From an uncultured Prevotellaceae bacterium (GTDB lineage: Bacteria > Bacteroidota > Bacteroidia > Bacteroidales > Bacteroidaceae), in contig CAMVOK010000010.1 in assembly GCA_947169115.1 (NCBI GenBank), forward strand, positions 7,091-71,090: a stretch of DNA of 64,000 nucleotides, in the 5' to 3' direction. Under the pieces are notes generated by a model that worked only from the letters and a program-made list of their open reading frames with translations, was not told the DNA's origin and did not search any database. A program made the position numbers and the translations under genes. Within the stretch, counting starts at the first letter, position 1. The number at the start of each line of letters is the position of its first letter. Shown piece by piece: positions 9,856-18,298 of this stretch.

Positions 9856-11154
9856 TTATTTTTGTATAGTGATGATGAACAGTTTATCGTTGTGCCTGAT
9901 TTTAGTAGGAAGCGGTATGCTGATGTGCCAACCTTTCCGACCTGTATCAACAGGCTGCAAATCATAGCGTATTTCTTCGACAGTGGCATAAAGGGCACCT
10001 GTGGTTGGACCAGTGACCAAGATTCGGTCGCCCACATGAAGTTCACATGCCTCTATCTTGAACTCTGCCACTTTTAGTTTAGAGTAATAACGAATACCCC
10101 GGCCACAATAGGTTTTCCGTTCTGTTGCCGACGAACCATGATTCTTGGTCCATTCGCCCAATAACTGACCTTGGTAATAACCATCCCAAAAACCACGGTT
10201 AAAGACACGTGCTAAGCGTTCGTTCCATTGTTGTTTGCGCTCTTCTGTGAAACTACCCTCCTGTACACTCTGGATGGCCTCCTTGTAACAACGGACTACG
10301 GTATCTACATAGTCGGCTCCTCGGGCTCTGCCTTCAATCTTGAATACACGTACACCAGCAGCCATCATTCTGTCGATGAAATCAATGGTTTTAAGGTCCT
10401 TGGGACTCATGATGTATTTGTTGTCAACTTGTAGCTCAGTTCCCGTTTCGGTATCATGCACGGTGTAGGAACGGCGACATAGTTGCATGCACTCACCACG
10501 ATTGGCCGAACGTCCCATGTTGTCGAGACTTAGATAACACTTGCCACTGACTGCCATACAGAGGGCACCATGACAGAACATCTCAATGCGTACCAGTTGG
10601 CCACTGGGACCTGTGATGTGTTGTTCCTCAATCTGCCTGTATATCTCGGCCACCTGTTCCATACGTAGTTCACGTGCCAAGACAACGACATCGGCAAAAT
10701 GGGCATAGAAACGCAGGGCCTCGATGTTGGAGATGTTGAGTTGAGTGGAGAGATGAACCTCCAGACCTATCTGTCGGGCATAAGTCATGGCTGCCACATC
10801 CGAAGCGATGACGGCAGATATCTGGGCTGCCTTGGCTGCATCCAGTATCTGTCGCATGAGTTCTATATCTTCGTCATATATAATAGTATTAACGGTCAGA
10901 TAACTTTTCACTCCAAAAACCTGGCATTCTCGGGCAATGTGGTGAAGGTCATCGATGGTGAATGCCGAGGCAGAGTGAGCTCGCATGTTTAATCGCTCAA
11001 TGCCGAAGTATATGCTGTCGGCACCGGCACGTAGGGCGGCAGCCAAAGACTCGGGGCTACCTACAGGAGCCATTATTTCATAGGCGCCCCCACCCCCTTT
11101 CCCCTCCCGAGGAAGGGGAGTAGTCACATTTGTATAATCGATATTATTTGTCAT
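9856..11154 (-). CDS. Peptidase U32 family protein (collagenase-like)
   Basis: YEIMAPVGSPESLAAALRAGADSIYFGIERLNMRA and MFCHGALCMAVSGKCYLS are U32 hallmarks. The first ~20 codons come from a repeat element (see findings). Confidence 0.85.
   Translation of the reverse strand: MTNNIDYTNVTTPLPREGKGGGGAYEIMAPVGSPESLAAALRAGADSIYFGIERLNMRAHSASAFTIDDLHHIARECQVFGVKSYLTVNTIIYDEDIELMRQILDAAKAAQISAVIASDVAAMTYARQIGLEVHLSTQLNISNIEALRFYAHFADVVVLARELRMEQVAEIYRQIEEQHITGPSGQLVRIEMFCHGALCMAVSGKCYLSLDNMGRSANRGECMQLCRRSYTVHDTETGTELQVDNKYIMSPKDLKTIDFIDRMMAAGVRVFKIEGRARGADYVDTVVRCYKEAIQSVQEGSFTEERKQQWNERLARVFNRGFWDGYYQGQLLGEWTKNHGSSATERKTYCGRGIRYYSKLKVAEFKIEACELHVGDRILVTGPTTGALYATVEEIRYDLQPVDTGRKGWHISIPLPTKIRHNDKLFIITIQK
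11085..11154 (-). repeat. Hairpin/G4 element copy with conserved left flank; forms the start codon and first ~22 codons of the U32 peptidase
   Basis: The minus strand reads atgacaaataatatcgattatacaaatgtgactactccccttcctcgggaggggaaagggggtgggggc. Confidence 0.8.
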
Positions 11155-11175
11155 CGTTTATTATTTTTTCGGTAT

Positions 11176-12210
11176 TTACGCCCTCCCCTCGGGGAGGGTT
11201 GGGATGGGGGTTTCGTCCATTATCTTGAACAGTTCTTCGACCGTTTCGGCGCGAAGCATCCGGATGCGGGTTTCGCGGAAGTTAGGAATTCCCTTGAATA
11301 GAGGGGAGGCGGCCAGATGACGACGGCTGTGCAAGATGCCGCGATACTCGCCGAGACGTTCTACGCTGGTCAGCACTTGCTGGCGTAGGACGTTGAGGCA
11401 CCATAGCCCCCCTTCGCTCCCCCCGAGGGGGGAAGAATCGCCTCCCCTCGGGGAGGTTGGGAGGTGGCTGAGGAGGGTTTTTATCTCCTTGAATATCCAA
11501 GGTCTTCCAAAAGTGGCACGACCGACCATTATGGCATCGACTCCGTAGCGTTCGAAGCACTCTTTGGCTCTTTCGGGAGTGGTGATATCGCCGTTGCCGA
11601 TAATGGGAATGTGGATGCGCGGATTGCGCTTTACCTCGCCGATGAGGGTCCAGTCGGCTTCGCCTGTGTACATTTGGCTGCGTGTACGACCATGGATGGT
11701 AAGGGCCTGAATGCCGCAGTCTTGCAGCTGCTCGGCAAGTTCGGTGATGATGAGGTGTTCCTGATCCCAGCCTAAACGAGTCTTTACGGTTACAGGTGTG
11801 TTGGGCACTGCATTTACCACGGCTCGTGTAATTTCCAGCATGAGGGGGATGTTTTGCAGCATTCCTGCTCCAGCCCCTTTCCCAGCTACTCGTTTTACGG
11901 GACAACCGAAGTTGATGTCCAGAATATCGGGATGAGCCTGTTCAACAACAATCTGTGCAGCATCACGCATGGCTTCAACGAAACGTCCATATATCTGTAT
12001 GGCAACAGGACGCTCCTCGTCGCATACCTGTAATTTCTCAATACTACGATTGACTCCTCGAACAAGTGCATCGCTCGACACAAACTCGGAATATACGAGA
12101 TCGGCTCCCATCTGTTTGCACAACAGGCGGAAACCGATGTCCGTCACATCCTCCATTGGGGCGAGGAAGACGGGATAAGGCGTATCAAAGTGAACGGGGC
12201 CGATGTTCAT
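11176..12210 (-). CDS. dusB: tRNA-dihydrouridine synthase (DusB-like) carrying repeat-derived insertions
   Basis: PVFLAPMEDVTDIGFRLLCKQMGADLVYSEFVSSDAL, DINFGCPVKRV and TIHGRTRSQMYTGEADW are Dus TIM-barrel motifs. Its ATG overlaps the upstream mod stop codon (ATGA). Confidence 0.85.
   Translation of the reverse strand: MNIGPVHFDTPYPVFLAPMEDVTDIGFRLLCKQMGADLVYSEFVSSDALVRGVNRSIEKLQVCDEERPVAIQIYGRFVEAMRDAAQIVVEQAHPDILDINFGCPVKRVAGKGAGAGMLQNIPLMLEITRAVVNAVPNTPVTVKTRLGWDQEHLIITELAEQLQDCGIQALTIHGRTRSQMYTGEADWTLIGEVKRNPRIHIPIIGNGDITTPERAKECFERYGVDAIMVGRATFGRPWIFKEIKTLLSHLPTSPRGGDSSPLGGSEGGLWCLNVLRQQVLTSVERLGEYRGILHSRRHLAASPLFKGIPNFRETRIRMLRAETVEELFKIMDETPIPTLPEGRA
11180..11210 (+). repeat. Hairpin/G4 element copy forming the last codons and stop of dusB
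   Basis: ccctcccctcggggagggttgggatggggg. Confidence 0.8.
11406..11466. repeat. Two head-to-head hairpin element copies in frame inside dusB
   Basis: gccccccttcgctccccccgaggggggaag + cgcctcccctcggggaggttgggaggtgg. Encodes SPRGGDSSPLGGSEGG. Confidence 0.8.
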
Positions 12211-14168
12211 AGTGCGTAGGTGGTTTCGTCACCACAGATATTACGAATCTTCATGCGGAGTGGCTTCTGGTCGCACTTGATGGTGGCATCCCAGAAGTCT
12301 TGGGTCTTCTTGCCATTAAGAATGACATAGCCCAAGCGGTCAATCTTCACTTCCGCATCGCTGTGCCAGGGAGCTTGCTTGTCAGCGGTGGAGCAGTCCA
12401 GACTGACCCATTCGATGGTTTCAAGTCCCTCATCGCTTATCTCAATAGGATTGAACGCTTTGCCTTTGGCTATGGACTGCTGCTGACCCTTCATGTTCAC
12501 TTCCTCAATCTTGCGCAGCACACGGTCGCTGTGGAAACTCTTCAGGTCCACTTTCCAGCCTTTGAACAGGTTGTCTTGTGTTTCCGTTAGTTCCCACTCG
12601 ACCTCGTCTTCCACCACCACTTCGTCCAGCACCTGCTTTAGGTCGCGCAGTTCTATGTCGATGATACTACGAGTGTTTTTTTCCTTGATGAACTGTTCTA
12701 TTTCCTCACGATCTGTGATATCGATGTAATATACAATGACGCGCCGTACATCGTCTGGCAGATAAGGCAGTTTATCAATAATGTTGTTCATTTGCGGTTT
12801 GTCGAGCAGACGTGTAGAACTGTCCATCAGGTTAGGCAGATAGACTGGCATCATGCCGTGTTGGGAATGAATGATACCGCCTGCCCAAAAGTCGCTCAGA
12901 CTGTCAAGGAAACACAACCCTTTTATGAGGTGCTTCAATTTGTCCATCGTCTGAACGGGATTGCGATAAAGAGACACACCGTCTTTTACTTCCAGGACAT
13001 CGAACTCTGCTTTGTCAGCCAATAGGCGGTCTCTTACGGTCTGAATGCTATTGATTCCAATGTCGCAGTGGATAAAGTTACGCCCCAACTTATTGGATAC
13101 TGCAGCTGTTACGCCGCTACCACCAAAGAAATCAGCAACAAGCATTCCTTCGTTACTGCTAGCTTTGATGATACGCTCCAATAAAGCCTCAGGCTTCTGA
13201 GTGGCATAGTCAACACGTTCTTCTGCTTGGGAGTTTACAGCATTTACATCAGTCCAAATATCATCAAGAGGTATACCCTCGGTTTCGTCAAGATATACTT
13301 TTAGGCGCATTCCTCCGGATGCAGTATAATAAATTTTGTTTTCTTTCTTTAATTGTTCTATAGTAGCTTGTGTTGTAGCTGTTCCCAAGAAGGCATCCTT
13401 GAATCTACGTTCTTTGCTATCAATTACTTCTACATGAGAAAATCTTTGTTCGATGTACTCATCGCTATAAGGCAAATATTGCGTATTATATAGGAATTCA
13501 TCACTTTTACCATAAACAAGAATGTTATCGTGGTTCTTTCCCATTGCATTTTTTCCCTTAAACCCACTAGATGTTTGTCGTTTCCATGTAACGTCATTAA
13601 TGAAGTTCTCTTCCCCAAAGATTTCATCCATCAAGATCTTTACATAGTGAACGATATGCCAATCCAAATGCACATAGATACTTGCCTCATCGCTCATGAT
13701 GCTCTTCATTGCCATCAGGTTCTCGTACATCCAATTGAGATAACGCTCTTTGTCCCATACGTCACCATACATCTTTTCCTCGAAGGCGCGTAGTTCCTCA
13801 ATGTCAAGTTCGCTTTCTGCCTGGGCAATAGCCGCTGCCACCTTGGGATTACGACGGATATACACCTTCTTGGCATAGTCGGCACCGCTGGCAAAGGGCG
13901 GGTCAACATATATGAGGTCAACAAAGATGCCTTTGTCTCTGAGATAAGCACAAGCCGACACACACTCGCCACGAATAACCAGATTGTTGGGATTCTGTCC
14001 AATCTGCTCTTTCAACTCCATCTCATAGAGGGGCATACCTCTCTGCACGCGCTCAATGACTTGGTCATTGTCACGATAACGCAACACCCGCTTGGTGCGT
14101 ACAAAATTGTCTAATATGGCCTGTCCTTCAAGCGTATTGGGGAAATAGGGAACATATTTAATAGCCAT
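12207..14168 (-). CDS. Type III-like restriction-modification methyltransferase (Mod, beta-class N6A/N4C MTase) with an extra ~250-aa C-terminal region
   Basis: Motif IV LIYVDPPFASGADY (aa ~85) comes before motif I VADFFGGSGVTAAV (aa ~340). That order is the beta-class arrangement of Type III Mod proteins. Confidence 0.85.
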   Translation of the reverse strand: MAIKYVPYFPNTLEGQAILDNFVRTKRVLRYRDNDQVIERVQRGMPLYEMELKEQIGQNPNNLVIRGECVSACAYLRDKGIFVDLIYVDPPFASGADYAKKVYIRRNPKVAAAIAQAESELDIEELRAFEEKMYGDVWDKERYLNWMYENLMAMKSIMSDEASIYVHLDWHIVHYVKILMDEIFGEENFINDVTWKRQTSSGFKGKNAMGKNHDNILVYGKSDEFLYNTQYLPYSDEYIEQRFSHVEVIDSKERRFKDAFLGTATTQATIEQLKKENKIYYTASGGMRLKVYLDETEGIPLDDIWTDVNAVNSQAEERVDYATQKPEALLERIIKASSNEGMLVADFFGGSGVTAAVSNKLGRNFIHCDIGINSIQTVRDRLLADKAEFDVLEVKDGVSLYRNPVQTMDKLKHLIKGLCFLDSLSDFWAGGIIHSQHGMMPVYLPNLMDSSTRLLDKPQMNNIIDKLPYLPDDVRRVIVYYIDITDREEIEQFIKEKNTRSIIDIELRDLKQVLDEVVVEDEVEWELTETQDNLFKGWKVDLKSFHSDRVLRKIEEVNMKGQQQSIAKGKAFNPIEISDEGLETIEWVSLDCSTADKQAPWHSDAEVKIDRLGYVILNGKKTQDFWDATIKCDQKPLRMKIRNICGDETTYAL

Positions 14169-14201
14169 TTTACACGTTGCCTTGTTTGTTTAGAATTTCT
14201 A

Positions 14202-14220
14202 AGGTGCAAAAATTGCACCT
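14202..14220 (-). other. 7-bp-stem hairpin in the ORF6N-mod intergenic gap
   Basis: aggtgca-aaaat-tgcacct. No evidence for its function. Confidence 0.3.
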
Positions 14221-14234
14221 CAAATATAGTACAC

Positions 14235-14855
14235 TCACTTATTGACAATAAACCCTATTGGATTTCTTTGTTTGTTAATCTCCCTTTGTGTTGACTCTGC
14301 TTGTAGTTGAGCGATTGCATCGTTGATATTTTCCAGTTGCCTTGCAATTATCTCTTGGTCATTGGCAACCATCTCATTGATATCGTTCTGGTCACGTAGT
14401 GTTTCATCCATATCGATACGCAATTGTTTGATTTCGGAATGAATCTGCTCTATCTGCAGTTGAGTGTCAGTCATTGCCAATAAGGCTTGCTGCATTTGGA
14501 AGAAGGCTCGCATGATATTGATGTTTACCTGAATGGCAATAGGAGTCCTGAGAAGTCCAGAGAGCATGGCTATGCCCTCCTGAGTGAACGCGTATGGAAG
14601 ATATTTGCTGTGCTTTCCCCGTCCATTCTCTATGGTGAAAAAATTGCACCTTAAAAAATCATACTCTTCTTTGGTCAGTTCGAACATGAAATCTTCTGGG
14701 AAACGTTCCTTGTTCATGCGGACAGCTCTTTTCAGATTCTTCGTCTCTATTCCATATAACATACTGAGATCGCTGTCTATCATTATCTTTCGACCTCGAA
14801 GTTCGTAAATATGTCCTTTAATGGACTCTGTACTTAGTATTACAGTATTATCCAT
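14235..14855 (-). CDS. ORF6N (KilA-N/Bro-N-like DNA-binding) domain protein with a C-terminal coiled coil
   Basis: IYELRGRKIMIDSDLSMLYGIETKNLKRAVRMNKERFPEDFMFELTKEE...GKHSKYLPYAFTQEGIAMLS matches the ORF6N family pattern. The C-terminus is heptad-like (QLQIEQIHSEIKQLRIDMDE...). Confidence 0.8.
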   Translation of the reverse strand: MDNTVILSTESIKGHIYELRGRKIMIDSDLSMLYGIETKNLKRAVRMNKERFPEDFMFELTKEEYDFLRCNFFTIENGRGKHSKYLPYAFTQEGIAMLSGLLRTPIAIQVNINIMRAFFQMQQALLAMTDTQLQIEQIHSEIKQLRIDMDETLRDQNDINEMVANDQEIIARQLENINDAIAQLQAESTQREINKQRNPIGFIVNK

Positions 14856-14875
14856 GTTACTTTCTCCTAATTATT

Positions 14876-17746
14876 CTATAATTCAGTTTCTGAACTCGCG
14901 CGTTCCAAATAGTTTTCATTAAAGAAGTTCTTGATTGCTTGCATCGTTTTTTGTCTGCGCTGCTCTGCATTGAGTGTGTCCTCCAAATAGAGAAAGTCGA
15001 AACGCTGGTATCCAAACTTGTCGTTGTTTTTCTTGACGAACTCTGACATGAAGTCGAGTTTGTCCTTGAACTTGGCGGCAAAGCCCTCGCCCTTGGTTTC
15101 GATGATGATAACCTTTTCTATCTGCTTCTGCTCATTACGGCTGAGCAAGAGGAAGTCGGGTACATACCTACCGATGTATCGCCAATTGTTACTTACACGT
15201 TTGTAGCAATCAATCTTGAAATCAGTCAGTGTATCGTCGCCATTGAAATAGACCTCCAACACCTTTTCCTTAATCAAAGGAATAACTTCTTGGGATAGGA
15301 AATGCCTCTCCAAACCGCTATCGAAGCGGTAAGGCAGATAATGGTACGTCTGACTACGCTCTGGATGTGGGTCGGATCTTGGATTGCGCAGCGCGGAAAC
15401 ATCTATGCCCAAGGCCTCCAGTTCTGCAATCTTTGCTTTCTGCTCTGTTGTCAACTCTTGCTGAGGAGGCTTCTCGTCCCATTCCATAATCTCATGAACG
15501 GCCTGCTGGTCGGGGAAGAACTTTTCGCTGTCCTCAACAGGCGATGCCAGTCGCTCAATTTGCAACAAACGGGCTTGTTTGGGCAGGATTTTCTCTTTCG
15601 TCGTAAAGTCTCGTTGAGGAGCAAACGCCTGACGGATAAGCGAACGGATGCGTTGGTGGTCGTACTTTCTGTTTTCCAGTAACACACCATCTTTCTCTGT
15701 AGTAATCTTTGCGAAGATATATTGCAGTTCTGTATCGCACTTTTTCAAATTGGCCACCGTCAACATTCCGAAACTCTCTTTGGCTATCTGATGGAGCCAC
15801 CATTGGAAGGAAGTACGTATTTCCTCTTTGTTTTCCTGTTCAACGGAAGCAATTAGATTACCTTCCATATCCTGTTGATGAATCAGGGAAATATCTGCCA
15901 GAGCCAGAATGTCCTTGCTTTGCAACAGTTGTGCAGGGTCGTTGGCATCGTCGATGATAAGTGTTTCGTAGCTGACCTTCAGTTGATAGAAATTTATCTC
16001 AGGCACCTGCATATGGAAGCGTTCTATCAGTTTTTGCTCCACGTTTGGTTTGCCGCCAAATTCCTTCAGCGTGATATTCTGCTGCTGTTGCAACTGGCGG
16101 TTTAGTTTCTCGGCATTGAACTTGTTGAGCCAGATGAGGGCGGTCTCCTGACTATTCTTTACAACCTGACGCAGACACCGGCAAGAGGTCTGGAGCACCA
16201 TATTCGTGGGACAGACGCCCTTTTGTGGCAGGATAACACCTGTCAGGCTTTTGCAGTCCCAGCCCTCCTTACCAATTTGGACAAGGAGCACTATCTTGTA
16301 TTTCGAGATAGAAGTGTCGAGAGAAGCAAAAGCTGTCTCAGAACCTTCATGCTGAGGGTATTGCTTATTTCCGCCGTGATAAGGCAGAATGGTATCTGTG
16401 GGGTTCAGTCCGTAGGATGCCACAATCTCTGACACCAACGGATAGATGCTTTCTTCAAGCGTCTCAATCTGACCGCAATAGATGGCCAGTTTGGCACAAG
16501 TACCATTCGAATACATGGTGTCGCGATACTTGTCGAGGAACTCACGTACACCGTTGGCAACAATCGTCTGGGTGTCGTTATCCTCAAACTTCACATCTGG
16601 GTTTTTCAGGAAGTTGCCAATACCCTCTACCAGCGGATAATAATACACCACGTTGGCAAGGTCGGTGTTCTTGATGGTCAGTGTTTCTGATATCTTCAAC
16701 GGCTCTGCACTATCCAAATAAGGCGTGCCTGAGAAACCGAGCACGGAGTTGAACGTATGCTTCTCCGTCCATTTGTTCACCACCTGACGGAGCTTAATTT
16801 CGCCATCAGCTGCATGATGAACCTCGTCGATATAAACGGCAAGGTGAGGGATGGAACCAATGAGTTCGCGCAGTTCTTTGGCCAATTCCATTCGTTTAAG
16901 TTCCTCTTCAGAGAAGAGCGATGGGTCTTGATTGGTATCGAAGCGATCAAGAATAACCTTTTCGGCATTGGTGATAGCCACCAGACCCTTCAAGTCTTCA
17001 AACGGTTGGTGGTTGTTGATTTTCTGGGCATTGGGGTTCTTGATGCGGTTGCTCTTGTTGGCCGTTTTCTGCTCATCCAGAATCTCGAACTTAATCAGTC
17101 GGCGCAATGGGGCAGCCTTGGCTTCAGGGATTATCCACGAGGGGTCAAACTCCTTGATATGCTTCAAACTGGGTACAATCGATGACTTCAAGCCCGACGG
17201 TGCCATCACCATGAAGTTATGAGCAAAGGCTGGATTGTTCGGCTCGTTCTGAGCAAAGTAGAGGTCAAGATAGATGAACGCGGCCATCAGATAGGTCTTG
17301 CCGGCTCCCATAGGCAGACTAAAGAGGTAGTCGGTGTAAGTGACTCCGTAGAATATCTTCAGGAACGTGGTCTCATAATTTATCTCGTCGGCGTGCTGCT
17401 TGATATATTGCTCCAGTTCAGGAGCCAATTGCTTGCCTTTTTTGTCATGTAGGCGAGAATACTGGAACAAAGCCACAGCAGCCTTGTTTGTGCTAAAAAT
17501 CTGGCGTACAGTTTCTGTCAGCTCCACCTGACCGATGTTGGTGTCGTTGAAAACACCATCGACAAAAAGTCGCCACAGAGGCTGGTTCTTGCAAGCTATC
17601 TTCAGAAACAAATATGTTTTGATGGCTTCCAACTGAGCATCGCGCATCATACCCCGCTGTTCTATATACTGCAGCAGTTCCTTGATGGTGCAATTGTCAG
17701 ACAAAAGCCACTCGTTGCGCTTCTTCTCGATGAGCTTATAGAACAT
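14876..17746 (-). CDS. Type III restriction enzyme Res subunit (SF2 helicase plus C-terminal PD-(D/E)xK nuclease)
   Basis: Walker A LPMGAGKTYLMA, DEAH-type box VYIDEVHH, motif III GFSGTP, motif VI-like QTSCRCLRQ. C-terminal nuclease signature RYVPDFLLL...VIIIETKGEG. Confidence 0.85.
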   Translation of the reverse strand: MFYKLIEKKRNEWLLSDNCTIKELLQYIEQRGMMRDAQLEAIKTYLFLKIACKNQPLWRLFVDGVFNDTNIGQVELTETVRQIFSTNKAAVALFQYSRLHDKKGKQLAPELEQYIKQHADEINYETTFLKIFYGVTYTDYLFSLPMGAGKTYLMAAFIYLDLYFAQNEPNNPAFAHNFMVMAPSGLKSSIVPSLKHIKEFDPSWIIPEAKAAPLRRLIKFEILDEQKTANKSNRIKNPNAQKINNHQPFEDLKGLVAITNAEKVILDRFDTNQDPSLFSEEELKRMELAKELRELIGSIPHLAVYIDEVHHAADGEIKLRQVVNKWTEKHTFNSVLGFSGTPYLDSAEPLKISETLTIKNTDLANVVYYYPLVEGIGNFLKNPDVKFEDNDTQTIVANGVREFLDKYRDTMYSNGTCAKLAIYCGQIETLEESIYPLVSEIVASYGLNPTDTILPYHGGNKQYPQHEGSETAFASLDTSISKYKIVLLVQIGKEGWDCKSLTGVILPQKGVCPTNMVLQTSCRCLRQVVKNSQETALIWLNKFNAEKLNRQLQQQQNITLKEFGGKPNVEQKLIERFHMQVPEINFYQLKVSYETLIIDDANDPAQLLQSKDILALADISLIHQQDMEGNLIASVEQENKEEIRTSFQWWLHQIAKESFGMLTVANLKKCDTELQYIFAKITTEKDGVLLENRKYDHQRIRSLIRQAFAPQRDFTTKEKILPKQARLLQIERLASPVEDSEKFFPDQQAVHEIMEWDEKPPQQELTTEQKAKIAELEALGIDVSALRNPRSDPHPERSQTYHYLPYRFDSGLERHFLSQEVIPLIKEKVLEVYFNGDDTLTDFKIDCYKRVSNNWRYIGRYVPDFLLLSRNEQKQIEKVIIIETKGEGFAAKFKDKLDFMSEFVKKNNDKFGYQRFDFLYLEDTLNAEQRRQKTMQAIKNFFNENYLERASSETEL

Positions 17747-17752
17747 TATTTG

Positions 17753-18232
17753 TCATTTTGTGGAGAACGCCAATGCATACATTTTCATCTGCTTGAGCAT
17801 GGCCAAGAGTCCATTTGAACGGGTGGGAGAAAGATGTTCGCGCAGACCGATTTCCTCAATGAAATAAAGGTCGGCTGCAAGAATATCCTTGGGTGTTTGG
17901 TTGTTCAGCACACGTAGCAGGAGTGTGACAATACCTTTCACGATGAGAGCATCGCTCTCTGCCTGAAAATGGACACGCCCATCGATGAGGTCGGCCTGTA
18001 ACCATACGCGGCTTTGGCAACCATCGATGAGGTTCTGTTCCGTCTTATACTGTTCGGGCAAAGGCTCTTGGTCGCTACCCATCTCAATGAGCAGCTGGTA
18101 TCGGTCCATCCAGTCGTCAAGTTCTTGGAACTCTTCAATGATCTCGTCTTGCCTACGGCGTATTTCAGCCCCCTCCTGACCTCCCTGAGGGGAGGAAGTG
18201 ATTTCGTTTATATTATCGAGATTGTTAGTCAT
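17753..18232 (-). CDS. sufE: SufE-family cysteine desulfuration (sulfur acceptor) protein
   Basis: DRYQLLIEMG...LIDGCQSRVWL...DALIVKGIVTLLLRVLNNQTPKDIL...GLREHLSPTRSNGLLAMLKQMK includes the conserved Cys-loop GCQS. The N-terminal ~20 codons are repeat-derived. Confidence 0.85.
   Translation of the reverse strand: MTNNLDNINEITSSPQGGQEGAEIRRRQDEIIEEFQELDDWMDRYQLLIEMGSDQEPLPEQYKTEQNLIDGCQSRVWLQADLIDGRVHFQAESDALIVKGIVTLLLRVLNNQTPKDILAADLYFIEEIGLREHLSPTRSNGLLAMLKQMKMYALAFSTK
18168..18232 (-). repeat. Hairpin element copy with conserved left flank; forms the start codon and first ~21 codons of sufE
   Basis: The minus strand reads atgactaacaatctcgataatataaacgaaatcacttcctcccctcagggaggtcaggagggggctg. 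Confidence 0.8.
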
Positions 18233-18257
18233 ATTTATTTCATATATTTATATTAGT

Positions 18258-18295
18258 AACTACTCCCTCCCCTAGGGAGGGAATGGGGTAGGGGC
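18258..18295 (+). repeat. Hairpin/G4 element copy (intergenic)
   Basis: gtaactactccctcccctagggagggaatggggtaggggc. Confidence 0.8.
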
Positions 18296-18298
18296 TTT

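Noticed and set aside
11282-11905. 207-aa Arg/His/Ser/Pro-rich minus-strand ORF
   Set aside because: It is an alternative frame of dusB, which has clear family motifs in the other frame.
12207-17746. Mobile-element boundaries (integrase, transposase, tRNA target, direct repeats) around the R-M island
   Set aside because: None is visible. The island abuts sufE and dusB with 6 nt and a 4-nt overlap, so I do not call it a mobile element, only a probable acquired island.
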